Shown: one piece after another, positions 17,690 through 26,062 of the stretch | How the letters are laid out: each line of letters opens with the position of its first letter | Numbering within the stretch: the stretch's first letter is position 1 | NCBI GenBank assembly: GCA_964528935.1 | Contig: CAZGUB010000001.1 | Coordinates: 1-45,504, forward strand | Direction of reading: 5' to 3' | Length of the DNA: 45,504 nt | DNA from: an uncultured Flavobacteriaceae bacterium | GTDB lineage: Bacteria; Bacteroidota; Bacteroidia; Flavobacteriales; Flavobacteriaceae | Position numbers and translations under genes: made by a program | Notes under the pieces: model-generated | The model's input: only the letters and a program-made list of their open reading frames with translations | Told to the model about the DNA's origin: nothing | The model's database searches: none

Positions 17690-19429
17690 TTAAATAGAGT
17701 GAATGAAAGAATTAAGTTTTGATCCGTCTTTAAGGTTTAACTTTTTGGATACTCTGTATCTTTGAGATTCAACAGTTCTTTTAGAAATGCTAGAAATCAT
17801 TACAATATCATCAACAGATAAATTCATTTTAATATAAGCACATAATCTAATTTCTGTCTTTGAAAGATTGAACTCTTTGTTAAGCTTAGTGAAAAAATTT
17901 GGGAATACATCATTAAAAATCTTTTCAAATTCTGAGTAGTATTTTTCAGCTTTTAACAACTTATCAAATTCATTTTCCAATATTTTCTTGTCAATTTGAT
18001 TTTCAGTTAGGTTTACTGCAATTTTTTTCTTTAAAAGTCTGAGACTTTCATTTCTTTGTAAGATAAAATTTGTTTTGCTTAACAGATCCCTCTGATTGTT
18101 CTGGAGTTGAATTTTTATGTTTTGATTAGTTAGCTCGAGGGATTTTGAATTAGCTTTTTGAAAATCATATTTAGATTTCACCAAAAGCACTGTAAGTGTA
18201 AGCAAAAGTAAGCCTATAAAAAGAAAAATAAAATATAAATTATATTTCTTCATTTGGATTTCGTTGTCATTTTCAAGATTTATTATTTTAATTTTTGTTT
18301 CTAATTCTCCCAAACTTTTAGTTAGAGCATTTGAATTAGTGTTTGCTTGAAATGTTATAATGCTATCCTTGATGCGAATTAGGTCATTTAGTCTGTTTTC
18401 TTTAGAATAAATCATCTCCAATACATCAAGATTATATTTCCTCTCTTTACTACTTAAACCTTTTTTTTGAAGATTTAGGTTGGCCAAATTCTCAGCTTTT
18501 GAGAATTCTCCAAGCCCTTTATAACACTGGGCTAATCTTGTACTTAGTTCATATTGTATAGATTGAAAACCCGTAAAATATTTTTGACTTTTTATTAGAT
18601 ATTTTATTGCAATTTCAAAATATTTTTGGGATTGGAAGTATGCTGCCGTAACCAAATATGAATAGCCATAATTGCGCCTAATCAAGGTATTTTTTGAAAG
18701 ATTAGGATCATAAATTATTTCTTTGTACAACTGATCTGTTATTTCAAGTTGACCTAGCGCATCCTCACCTTTTCTTTTTAATTCAACTGCTAAAACTTGA
18801 GCATAAGAATAAAAGATATCTTCATAATTATTATCAGTGATTTTATTCTCTAAAATTTTATTATAAATTTCATAAGCACTATCTAAATCTCCAGTCAATT
18901 CGGCTATTAATCCCAGGTTTGAAGATACAGTATTCAGCCCATTTACCTTTGCATCAGAATCTGATAATTTTTGAAATAATGACTGTGACTCCAAATATTT
19001 GATTTTAGCCAAATCATATCTTCCAGCATGTAAATATACATTTCCAATATTTAGTATTATCCATGGAGGAAAATTTAAATTGGGAAATTTTCTTTTTGGT
19101 ATATCAAGTTCCCTGTAAGTTAAAATAGCTTTTTCGAAATAGTTAAGGGATGAATTATAATAGCCATTTTCAAGAAAAATCTGACCGATTCTGCCATAGG
19201 TTTGTTGAATAAAGTTGGTTGGCGATAAATCTTTTGCCAATTCTGAAAATTTTATGGAAAAATCAATGGCTTTAGAAGGATTAGTAAATTCATACTTTAA
19301 TATGGAATCTCTTGTGTTAACTAATTCCTGTCCAATTGATAGAACTAAATTTCCGTAAGAAAAATATGCCAAACACAACAGGGTTAATTTGAAATTCTTG
19401 TGAAAGTATGATGAATATAGCTTAACCAA
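17690..19429 (-). CDS. One-component transmembrane regulator: N-terminal signal/anchor, TPR repeats, one TM helix, a coiled coil and a C-terminal LuxR-type HTH
   Basis: TPR-like segments include YYNSSLNYFEKAILTYREL, GNVYLHAGRYDLAKIKYLES and AQCYKGLGEFSKAENL. The TM helix is YNLYFIFLFIGLLLLTLTVLLV. The C-terminus LSKTEIRLCAYIKMNLSVDDIVMISSISKRTVESQRYRVSKKLNL looks like a LuxR/GerE HTH. The start must be TTG at 19429, because an in-frame TAA lies two codons upstream and the first internal Met is more than 300 aa downstream. Confidence 0.75.
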   Translation of the reverse strand: MVKLYSSYFHKNFKLTLLCLAYFSYGNLVLSIGQELVNTRDSILKYEFTNPSKAIDFSIKFSELAKDLSPTNFIQQTYGRIGQIFLENGYYNSSLNYFEKAILTYRELDIPKRKFPNLNFPPWIILNIGNVYLHAGRYDLAKIKYLESQSLFQKLSDSDAKVNGLNTVSSNLGLIAELTGDLDSAYEIYNKILENKITDNNYEDIFYSYAQVLAVELKRKGEDALGQLEITDQLYKEIIYDPNLSKNTLIRRNYGYSYLVTAAYFQSQKYFEIAIKYLIKSQKYFTGFQSIQYELSTRLAQCYKGLGEFSKAENLANLNLQKKGLSSKERKYNLDVLEMIYSKENRLNDLIRIKDSIITFQANTNSNALTKSLGELETKIKIINLENDNEIQMKKYNLYFIFLFIGLLLLTLTVLLVKSKYDFQKANSKSLELTNQNIKIQLQNNQRDLLSKTNFILQRNESLRLLKKKIAVNLTENQIDKKILENEFDKLLKAEKYYSEFEKIFNDVFPNFFTKLNKEFNLSKTEIRLCAYIKMNLSVDDIVMISSISKRTVESQRYRVSKKLNLKDGSKLNSFIHSI

Positions 19430-19755
19430 AATTTATTTATTAATCCTCTTGTCTTCGTAAGCTTTTTTCATTTTCAAGAATTTAACTTTGTCGAGTCTAT
19501 GGCCTTTGTAAACAACAGTCTTCACCCCTGCAGGAAAATCATTTAAAAATAAAAAATCTAAATCCTTCATTTACATTATTTTAATTTTAAAATTAATGCT
19601 TAAAGTATTAAGTAAAAATAAAAGGTGTACTGCATTTATACTTTATTAAAAAACAAAAACTGAAAAAAAGATGAAATCCATAAGGTTTTTAGATCTTTCT
19701 AGATATATGACCAAAACATCATAATACTGCTGCATGAAATATACTAATCATATTA

Positions 19756-20652
19756 CTAGAAATTAAATTTTCTAGAAATCGAAATATTAAGATAATTGTG
19801 TCTTTTGGTTTTTTGTAAACGAGTGTCTTGTGAAATACTACTTACAATGGATCTAATAACATATTTAGAAATGTATACCATAACTCCTATTTCAAATTTG
19901 TTTTTCAAAAAAACAGGGTCAAAAACAAAAGGTGTTTCACTATCAAATAAACTTCCAGAAATCATAAAATCATGAAAACGATATTCTTGACTACTACCAA
20001 AATAGATTGCATATCCATTTTTATTGTTTACAATAGGGCTCTCAAAAAAAGATAATATCGGTAGGTTACCCAGTAAAAAACCAATACTCCCTCCCAAATT
20101 AATACGCTGGGTTCCTAAAGTTCCAAAGTACTCATAAAGGAACGCTAACCTAGGGCTCAAATCCCATCGTCTCCTAAAAATAATATTTATGTTTAAATGA
20201 ATTCTTTCAGGAACAGCTTGCTCCCAGCTAACCTCGCGCAGGCCTAGGACATTTTTGTGATAAAGGTTTTGAAGATAGGGCGCAAGAGATGCCCTGCCTG
20301 TAACACCAAACTTAAAAGACAAGTTCATGGCCCGATTTGAAGAATAGTAGTTTTCTTCTAGTCGCTCCAAAAACAACCACCCACCATATGGGTAATCAAA
20401 GCTCTCCACATCAGTGCTATAACGATTTGAAGGAGTGAAAATTTCTTGTCCCAAAGTCCAATGAACATATTTTTTGAAATAATCATCTCGATTAAAATCT
20501 CTTTTTTCAGCTCCAGAACTGATAAAAACGCCACTTGAATAATAACGATCCGAGCCGAAATATAGGTCATTATCCACCGAAAGGTTTAGGTATTGCTGGG
20601 CCAAGCATGGGCAATAAATGAACATCAAAATGATAATCCCTAAAATTCTCAT
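19756..20652 (-). CDS. Outer-membrane LpxR-like (DUF2219, lipid A 3'-O-deacylase family) protein
   Basis: Signal peptide MRILGIIILMFIYCPCLAQ (ATG at 20652; the track start at 20670 is a TTG). Family-like motifs: NLSVDNDLYFGSDRYYSSGVFIS, WTLGQEIFTPSN, DYPYGGWLFL. Ends in the aromatic residue F, typical of a beta-barrel protein. Confidence 0.65.
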   Translation of the reverse strand: MRILGIIILMFIYCPCLAQQYLNLSVDNDLYFGSDRYYSSGVFISSGAEKRDFNRDDYFKKYVHWTLGQEIFTPSNRYSTDVESFDYPYGGWLFLERLEENYYSSNRAMNLSFKFGVTGRASLAPYLQNLYHKNVLGLREVSWEQAVPERIHLNINIIFRRRWDLSPRLAFLYEYFGTLGTQRINLGGSIGFLLGNLPILSFFESPIVNNKNGYAIYFGSSQEYRFHDFMISGSLFDSETPFVFDPVFLKNKFEIGVMVYISKYVIRSIVSSISQDTRLQKTKRHNYLNISISRKFNF

Positions 20653-20764
20653 AGTATTTGTTGAAACCAATTTAGGTAACCTTTTTTAAAAACATGAAAA
20701 AAAGGAGTACGATTGGGTAGAGACACTTCTTAAAACAAAATAGAATGGTTATTTTTGAGGCTAT

Positions 20765-21508
20765 ATGGAAGCCAACGTAAAACTCACTCATAAAGATCGG
20801 ATTGGAAGGATCTATTTTTCCCATCCCAAGGGCAATAGCCTGCCCAGCGAAATGCTACAAGCCTTGATCAATGCTTTGGAAAAAGCAGATCGAGATCCAA
20901 ACATTGGTGTGGTGGTTTTGGAAAGTCGGGGGAATGCCTTTTGTGCGGGTGCCTCCTTGGCCGAGCTCAAAGAGCTTCGTACCGTAGAAGCGGCTACTGT
21001 CTTCTTCATGGGCTTTGCCCGCTTGATAAATGCCCTTCGTAAACTGTCAAAATTTGTCTTGGCCAGGGTTCACGGAAAAGTGGTCGGTGGGGGGGTTGGT
21101 TTGGTTGCGGCCTGTGATGCGGCCTATGCAACTCCAGCTGCGCAAATCAAGCTCTCCGAATTGTCCATCGGCATCGGGCCCTATGTAATCGAGCCGGCCC
21201 TGAGCCGTAAAATCGGACCCACTGCCTTTGCCCAGTTGTCCTTGGACAGCCACCAGTGGAAAAGCGCAGACTGGGGATTGGAAAAAGGCTTGTACGCCAA
21301 GCTATTTGATGAGCCAACCTTGCTGGACCAAGCTCTTAACGCCCAAGCGCAACAACTGGCCTCCTATCCCCCCCAAGCCTGCCACGAACTGCGAAAACTT
21401 CACTGGAAAGACACGAAAAACTGGGAAACCCTTTTGGCCAAAAATGCACAGGTTACTGGCCAATTGGCCCTGTCGGATTTTACCCAAAAAATCATTCAAT
21501 CACTCTAA
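20765..21508 (+). CDS. Enoyl-CoA hydratase/isomerase (crotonase) family protein
   Basis: Crotonase-like motifs AFCAGASLAEL and VHGKVVGGGVGLVAACD; 247 aa. Confidence 0.85.
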   Translation: MEANVKLTHKDRIGRIYFSHPKGNSLPSEMLQALINALEKADRDPNIGVVVLESRGNAFCAGASLAELKELRTVEAATVFFMGFARLINALRKLSKFVLARVHGKVVGGGVGLVAACDAAYATPAAQIKLSELSIGIGPYVIEPALSRKIGPTAFAQLSLDSHQWKSADWGLEKGLYAKLFDEPTLLDQALNAQAQQLASYPPQACHELRKLHWKDTKNWETLLAKNAQVTGQLALSDFTQKIIQSL

Positions 21509-21511
21509 GGC

Positions 21512-21964
21512 ATGAAGCATAAAATTCGCGTTACTAAACAGTTTAAATTTGAAACCGGACACGCCCTTTACGGCTACGATGGGCTGTGCAAAAATGTACA
21601 CGGTCATAGCTACAAACTTGACGTAACGGTCATTGGCGCGCCCATCGATGACCCCGATCAGGTCAAAAATGGGATGGTGATTGACTTTGGAGACCTCAAG
21701 GCCATTGTGAACCGGGAAATTGTAGACCCCTTTGACCACGCCACGGTACTCAATACCAACTCCCCCCACTTGGAGGTGGCCGATGAGATGGAATCTCGGG
21801 GGCACAAAATCGTTCGGGTCACCTATCAGCCCACCAGCGAGTTGATGTTGTTAGATTTTGCCGACAAGCTACTGCAAAAACTGCCCCGCCACCTGAAACT
21901 TTTTTCACTAAAATTGCGGGAAACCGACACTGCCTATGCAGAATGGTACGCCGAGGATGTGTAA
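21512..21964 (+). CDS. queD: 6-carboxy-5,6,7,8-tetrahydropterin synthase (6-pyruvoyl-tetrahydropterin synthase family)
   Basis: LCKNVHGHSYKLDVTV (C-x3-HGH motif), 150 aa. The start is 4 nt after the crotonase stop. Confidence 0.85.
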   Translation: MKHKIRVTKQFKFETGHALYGYDGLCKNVHGHSYKLDVTVIGAPIDDPDQVKNGMVIDFGDLKAIVNREIVDPFDHATVLNTNSPHLEVADEMESRGHKIVRVTYQPTSELMLLDFADKLLQKLPRHLKLFSLKLRETDTAYAEWYAEDV

Positions 21965-22021
21965 ATCCCTTTTGCTTTTTTTTCCTGAAAAAATAGAGTT
22001 CAGCCTTAAAATGGAGTTGAC

Positions 22022-24352
22022 CTAAAAGCCCAGTTCTTCTAAATCGGCTTGGGGTTGGTTAGGAATAGTTGGATCGGTATCGTTTTCATGGTCTTCACAA
22101 TCAAGCGTAATACTAACCTGCTCGGGAGCCAAAAACTCCTCTTGGGATATCCCCAAGGCCTCGTCTTCGTAAACCGCTTTCATGTATAGTCCCCAGATGG
22201 GCAGGGCCATAGTAGCCCCCTGTCCAAAACCGATTTCCTTGAAGTGGACAGAGCGGTCTTCTCCGCCTACCCAAACCCCGGTGACCAGATTGGGCACCAT
22301 ACCCATAAACCATCCATCACTTTGGTTTTGGGTGGTTCCGGTCTTTCCTGCAATGGGGTTTTCAAAGATGTAGGGGTAGCCTGTCACTACCTTTTCGTAA
22401 ATATAATTGGTTTTCTCCAGCCCTGCATGACGCAATCTGGCTCCCGAACCGTGTTCAGTGACCCCCTGCATCAGGTTTAGGGTCACATAGGCCGCCTCCT
22501 CGCTGATCACGTCTTTGGTCTTGGGTATCACCTCGAACAAAGCCATATTGTTTTTGTCCTCGATGCGGGTAATGACGATGGGTTCGATGTAGATACCTTG
22601 ATTGGCAAAGGTACCGTAGGCCCCCACCAACTCAAACAGGCTGATGTCGGGCGTGCCAAGCGCAATTGAAGGCACGGCAGGAATGTGGGAGCTCACCCCC
22701 GTTTTTTTGAGCAAATCGATCACCGGTCGTGGGCCCACCATGTCTATAATGCGGGCACTGATGGTATTGACCGAGTTGGCCAAGGCGTTTTTTAGTGTTC
22801 GCGTCTGACCATAGCGGTCACCGGAATTTTTAGGACACCAAGGGTCAATGTTTCCGTGCTTCATGGCGTCGATACAATAGAGGGCATCGGGGAGTTGATC
22901 GCAGGGCGAGAGCTTGAGCTGATCGATGGCCGTGGCGTACAAAAAGGGCTTGAAAGTGGAGCCGATTTGACGAAGACCTTGCTTGACCTGATCATATTGG
23001 AAGTGCTTGTAGTTGAAACCGCCAACCCAGGCTTTGACATGCCCCGTTTGGGGTTCCATAGACATCATGGACGCACGTAAGAAGTGCTTGTAGTAGCGGA
23101 TCGAATCCATGGGGGTCATCAGGGTGTCGATCTCTCCCTTCCAACTGAAAACCTGCATGGGTTCCTTTTTATAAAAAGTTTTCATTAGAGCCTCGTCGTC
23201 CATCCCGGCGATTTTACCTTTGCGCCAGCGTTCGCTGCGGTAGGCCGAACGCCGCATCAAGGTGTCGATTTCTCCATCGCGCAAATCCAAAAAGGGAGCG
23301 GTGGGGTTGAGACTTCGGGTGTTTTGACGGAAAAACTCTTCTTGAAGGTTTTTCATGTGCTGGTTTACAGCATCTTCGCCAAGGGCCTGCAGACGAGAGT
23401 CGATGGTGGTATAGATCTTCAGACCATCGCGATAGAGGTTGTATGAGGACCCGTCGGGGCTTGGATTTTCTTGGATCCACTGTTTCATAAACTCTTGGAG
23501 GTAGGCCCTAAAATATGTTGCCAGTCCCTCGCGGTGGGACTCGGGGGTAAAGTTGATTTTTAAGGGTAGGGCTGACAGAGAGTCTTTTTCGGCAGGGGTA
23601 ATCAACTGGTTTCTGAGCATCTGCTGAAAGACGACGTTGCGCCTTTCTCGCACCATATCTGGTCGGCGGAGGGGGTTGTAGAGGGAAGAGTTTTTGAGCA
23701 TACCCACCAAGGTGGCCGACTGCTCGAGGCTAAGGCCCTTGGGGGTGGTGTCAAAATAGATCTTGGCCGCAGAACGCACTCCGTCAGCATTGTAACCAAA
23801 GTCGTAGATGTTGAGGTACATGGCGATGATTTCTTCTTTGGTGTATCGTCTTTCCAGCTGAACGGACAGAACCCATTCTTTGATTTTTTGGACTAAGGCT
23901 TCTTTTTTATTGCGGGAGCGCACCCCAACAAAAAGCTGGCGCGCCAGCTGCTGGGTTATAGTACTGGCTCCGCCTTTTTTACCTAGATATAAAAGAGCCC
24001 GCAGCGTCCCCCGCAAGTCGATTCCGGCGTGGTCATAGTAGCGTTCGTCTTCGGTGGCGATCAAGGCCAGAACGATATTTTGTGGCAGCTCGTCGTAGGT
24101 GATAGGCGTCCGGTTATCGTTGAAGTAAAATTTCCCCAATTCCACCCCATCGCTGGAGAAAATCTGGGTGGCCAGATTGGTTTTGGGATTTTCCAGTTGC
24201 TCCAAGGGGGGCATATCTCCCAAATATCCCAGCGCAGCAACGACAAAGATGCCTCCACTACCCAATAGCCCCAACAAGAAGAAAAACCAAAAAGCAAAGA
24301 TGAACTTTTTGAAATTTGGCTTATGGGATTTTTTTCTTTTGGACCTAATCAT
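22022..24352 (-). CDS. mrcA: Bifunctional class A penicillin-binding protein 1A (glycosyltransferase 51 plus transpeptidase)
   Basis: ATEDERYYDHAGID (GT51), STFKP (SxxK), SVN, KTGTT. N-terminal membrane anchor FIFAFWFFFLLGLLGSGGIFVVA. Confidence 0.95.
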   Translation of the reverse strand: MIRSKRKKSHKPNFKKFIFAFWFFFLLGLLGSGGIFVVAALGYLGDMPPLEQLENPKTNLATQIFSSDGVELGKFYFNDNRTPITYDELPQNIVLALIATEDERYYDHAGIDLRGTLRALLYLGKKGGASTITQQLARQLFVGVRSRNKKEALVQKIKEWVLSVQLERRYTKEEIIAMYLNIYDFGYNADGVRSAAKIYFDTTPKGLSLEQSATLVGMLKNSSLYNPLRRPDMVRERRNVVFQQMLRNQLITPAEKDSLSALPLKINFTPESHREGLATYFRAYLQEFMKQWIQENPSPDGSSYNLYRDGLKIYTTIDSRLQALGEDAVNQHMKNLQEEFFRQNTRSLNPTAPFLDLRDGEIDTLMRRSAYRSERWRKGKIAGMDDEALMKTFYKKEPMQVFSWKGEIDTLMTPMDSIRYYKHFLRASMMSMEPQTGHVKAWVGGFNYKHFQYDQVKQGLRQIGSTFKPFLYATAIDQLKLSPCDQLPDALYCIDAMKHGNIDPWCPKNSGDRYGQTRTLKNALANSVNTISARIIDMVGPRPVIDLLKKTGVSSHIPAVPSIALGTPDISLFELVGAYGTFANQGIYIEPIVITRIEDKNNMALFEVIPKTKDVISEEAAYVTLNLMQGVTEHGSGARLRHAGLEKTNYIYEKVVTGYPYIFENPIAGKTGTTQNQSDGWFMGMVPNLVTGVWVGGEDRSVHFKEIGFGQGATMALPIWGLYMKAVYEDEALGISQEEFLAPEQVSITLDCEDHENDTDPTIPNQPQADLEELGF

Positions 24353-24836
24353 CTCGGTTTTGAATTGCTTCTATGGCAAAGCCCACGCCGACCACTCCCG
24401 GGAGGGGGTCGGTAGCATTTTCGTCTCCGTTGTAGCGCAGTGCGTGTTCTATTTCTACAGTAGAGGGCTGTGAGGGGAGACTATAATTTTCTTTCCACCA
24501 CAGCTTGCTTTCTTTGACTTCCAAAAATCCCTCGCCCAGCCACTGTCCTCTGGGGTTGGCCATGGCGTATTCGAGGGTATCGCAAGCCCAGAGGGAGTCG
24601 CCGCTACTGAGGCGGGCGATTAGAAAGAGGTTGGAAAAAGGGTAATCGGCGTTGTTGCGCACATAGATCATGAGGTTTGCCGGTTGGTCGGTGTGGACAT
24701 CGACGACAAAAACGGCTTTTTGGTTAGCCGGCCATCCATTTGCAAAATTGCGGTAGTCCATTTGTAAAACCGAAGGGCCACAAGCCGCCCAAAGCCCCAG
24801 AAGCAAAAATGAAAAAACATAAAATTTAGGCTTCAT
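24345..24836 (-). CDS. gldH: Gliding motility lipoprotein GldH
   Basis: Start corrected to the ATG at 24836: MKPKFYVFSFLLLGLWAAC (lipobox). NNADYPFSNLFLIARL...DTLEYAMANPRGQWLGEGFLEVKESKLWWKENY matches the GldH pattern as I remember it. The PSP1-gldH-PBP1A neighbourhood is typical. Confidence 0.85.
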   Translation of the reverse strand: MKPKFYVFSFLLLGLWAACGPSVLQMDYRNFANGWPANQKAVFVVDVHTDQPANLMIYVRNNADYPFSNLFLIARLSSGDSLWACDTLEYAMANPRGQWLGEGFLEVKESKLWWKENYSLPSQPSTVEIEHALRYNGDENATDPLPGVVGVGFAIEAIQNRDD

Positions 24837-25998
24837 TTTTTCTTCCGTTTTTGGGTTTTCGGTTTTTCCTTCTCTCTTTGTAATTGGGGCTTTTGAAACG
24901 ATCAAAACGTGTAAGGCTGTCTTGGCCCACTACATTTTCGAATACTTTTTCGGCCAGTTCCTTAGGTGTTGCCTCGGCATCGAGGGCGTAGTCCTCGAGG
25001 GCCGCGACCTTTTCATTGTTTTTGTTTTTGGCAATGATTTCTTGAACGGCATGGAGGGAGAGGGTGTGCCAATTCATCCATTCGCCTTTGTAGGCATACC
25101 ACAGCTGTTCTTTGAAGATGTCCATTTTTTGGAGTAGGGCGACCCCTTTTTCGGTTAGTAGCTTGGTGTCGCTGCGGGGAAAGCCTTTGAGGGCTTTTCG
25201 GTAGGTGTCCAATTCGTAGTTTAGACAGCATTTGAGCTTGCCACACTGTCCGGCCAGCTTGAGGGGGTTGAGGGACAGCTGCTGGTAGCGGGCGGCAGAA
25301 GTAGACACCGAGCGGAAGTCGGTGAGCCACGTGGAGCAGCACAGCTCGCGACCACAGGAGCCGATGCCCCCCAGCCGGGAGGCTTCCTGCCGCAGGCCTA
25401 TTTGGCGCATTTCGATGCGGATGGAAAAGGCCTGGGCCATGTCTTTGATCAGCTGTCGGAAATCGACGCGGCTCTCGGCGGTATAGTAGAAAGTGGCTTT
25501 TTTGCCGTCGCCTTGGAATTCAACGTCCGAGAGTTTCATCTTTAGGTCCAAAGCGATGGCCATCTCGCGGGCGCGCTTTTGGATCTCGGGCTCCTTGTCC
25601 CGCAGGGCGTGCCAAAGGTCGATTTCTTCTTGGGTGGCTTTTCGCAATATTTTTCCGACCTCCTCGCTGTCTTGGGCAACGTTTTTCTTTTTCATTTGGA
25701 AGCGCACCAGCTCGCCGGTAAGGGTCACCAAGCCCAGGTCGTAGCCCTTGTCCACTTGGGTGATCACAGGGTCGCCCACCGCCACCTGCAGATCGGTGAC
25801 CAAGGTATAAAAGGCTTTACGGCTATTCTTGAAGCGTACCTCTACCGCCGAAAAGGGGACCGCACCGCCCGGTGACTGCATATTGCCCAGCCAGTCAAAG
25901 ACGGTGAGTTTGTTGCAGCTGTCTGTCCCACAACTGCCGTTGTTCTTACAACCGCGTGGGGATCCTTTTGATTTAACGGCACAGGAAGCGCAACTCAT
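24826..25998 (-). CDS. PSP1 domain protein (RicT/YaaT-like)
   Basis: Cys-rich N-terminus MSCASCAVKSKGSPRGCKNNGSCGTDSC. PSP1-type core ...GIGSCGRELCCSTWLTDF...AGQCGKLKCCLNYE. Confidence 0.85.
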   Translation of the reverse strand: MSCASCAVKSKGSPRGCKNNGSCGTDSCNKLTVFDWLGNMQSPGGAVPFSAVEVRFKNSRKAFYTLVTDLQVAVGDPVITQVDKGYDLGLVTLTGELVRFQMKKKNVAQDSEEVGKILRKATQEEIDLWHALRDKEPEIQKRAREMAIALDLKMKLSDVEFQGDGKKATFYYTAESRVDFRQLIKDMAQAFSIRIEMRQIGLRQEASRLGGIGSCGRELCCSTWLTDFRSVSTSAARYQQLSLNPLKLAGQCGKLKCCLNYELDTYRKALKGFPRSDTKLLTEKGVALLQKMDIFKEQLWYAYKGEWMNWHTLSLHAVQEIIAKNKNNEKVAALEDYALDAEATPKELAEKVFENVVGQDSLTRFDRFKSPNYKERRKNRKPKNGRKNEA

Positions 25999-26062
25999 GG
26001 TCTGATCTTGAGGGTTAAAGATAAGCTTTATTGGAGGGAATCGGGAAATGCAAAATCTTAAT

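Noticed and set aside
19433-19570. A 45-codon ORF between the LpxR-like gene and the regulator, considered as an independent small gene.
   Set aside because: It is below any reliable length threshold, has no recognisable motif and lies in very AT-rich DNA where such ORFs arise by chance. I kept it only as a note under the regulator finding because it shares the regulator's frame.
20671-20764. I searched the visible island boundary for mobile-element hallmarks: integrase, transposase, a tRNA gene, or direct or inverted terminal repeats.
   Set aside because: None was found. The 94-nt gap holds only A/T runs, so the block cannot be called a mobile element from this window.
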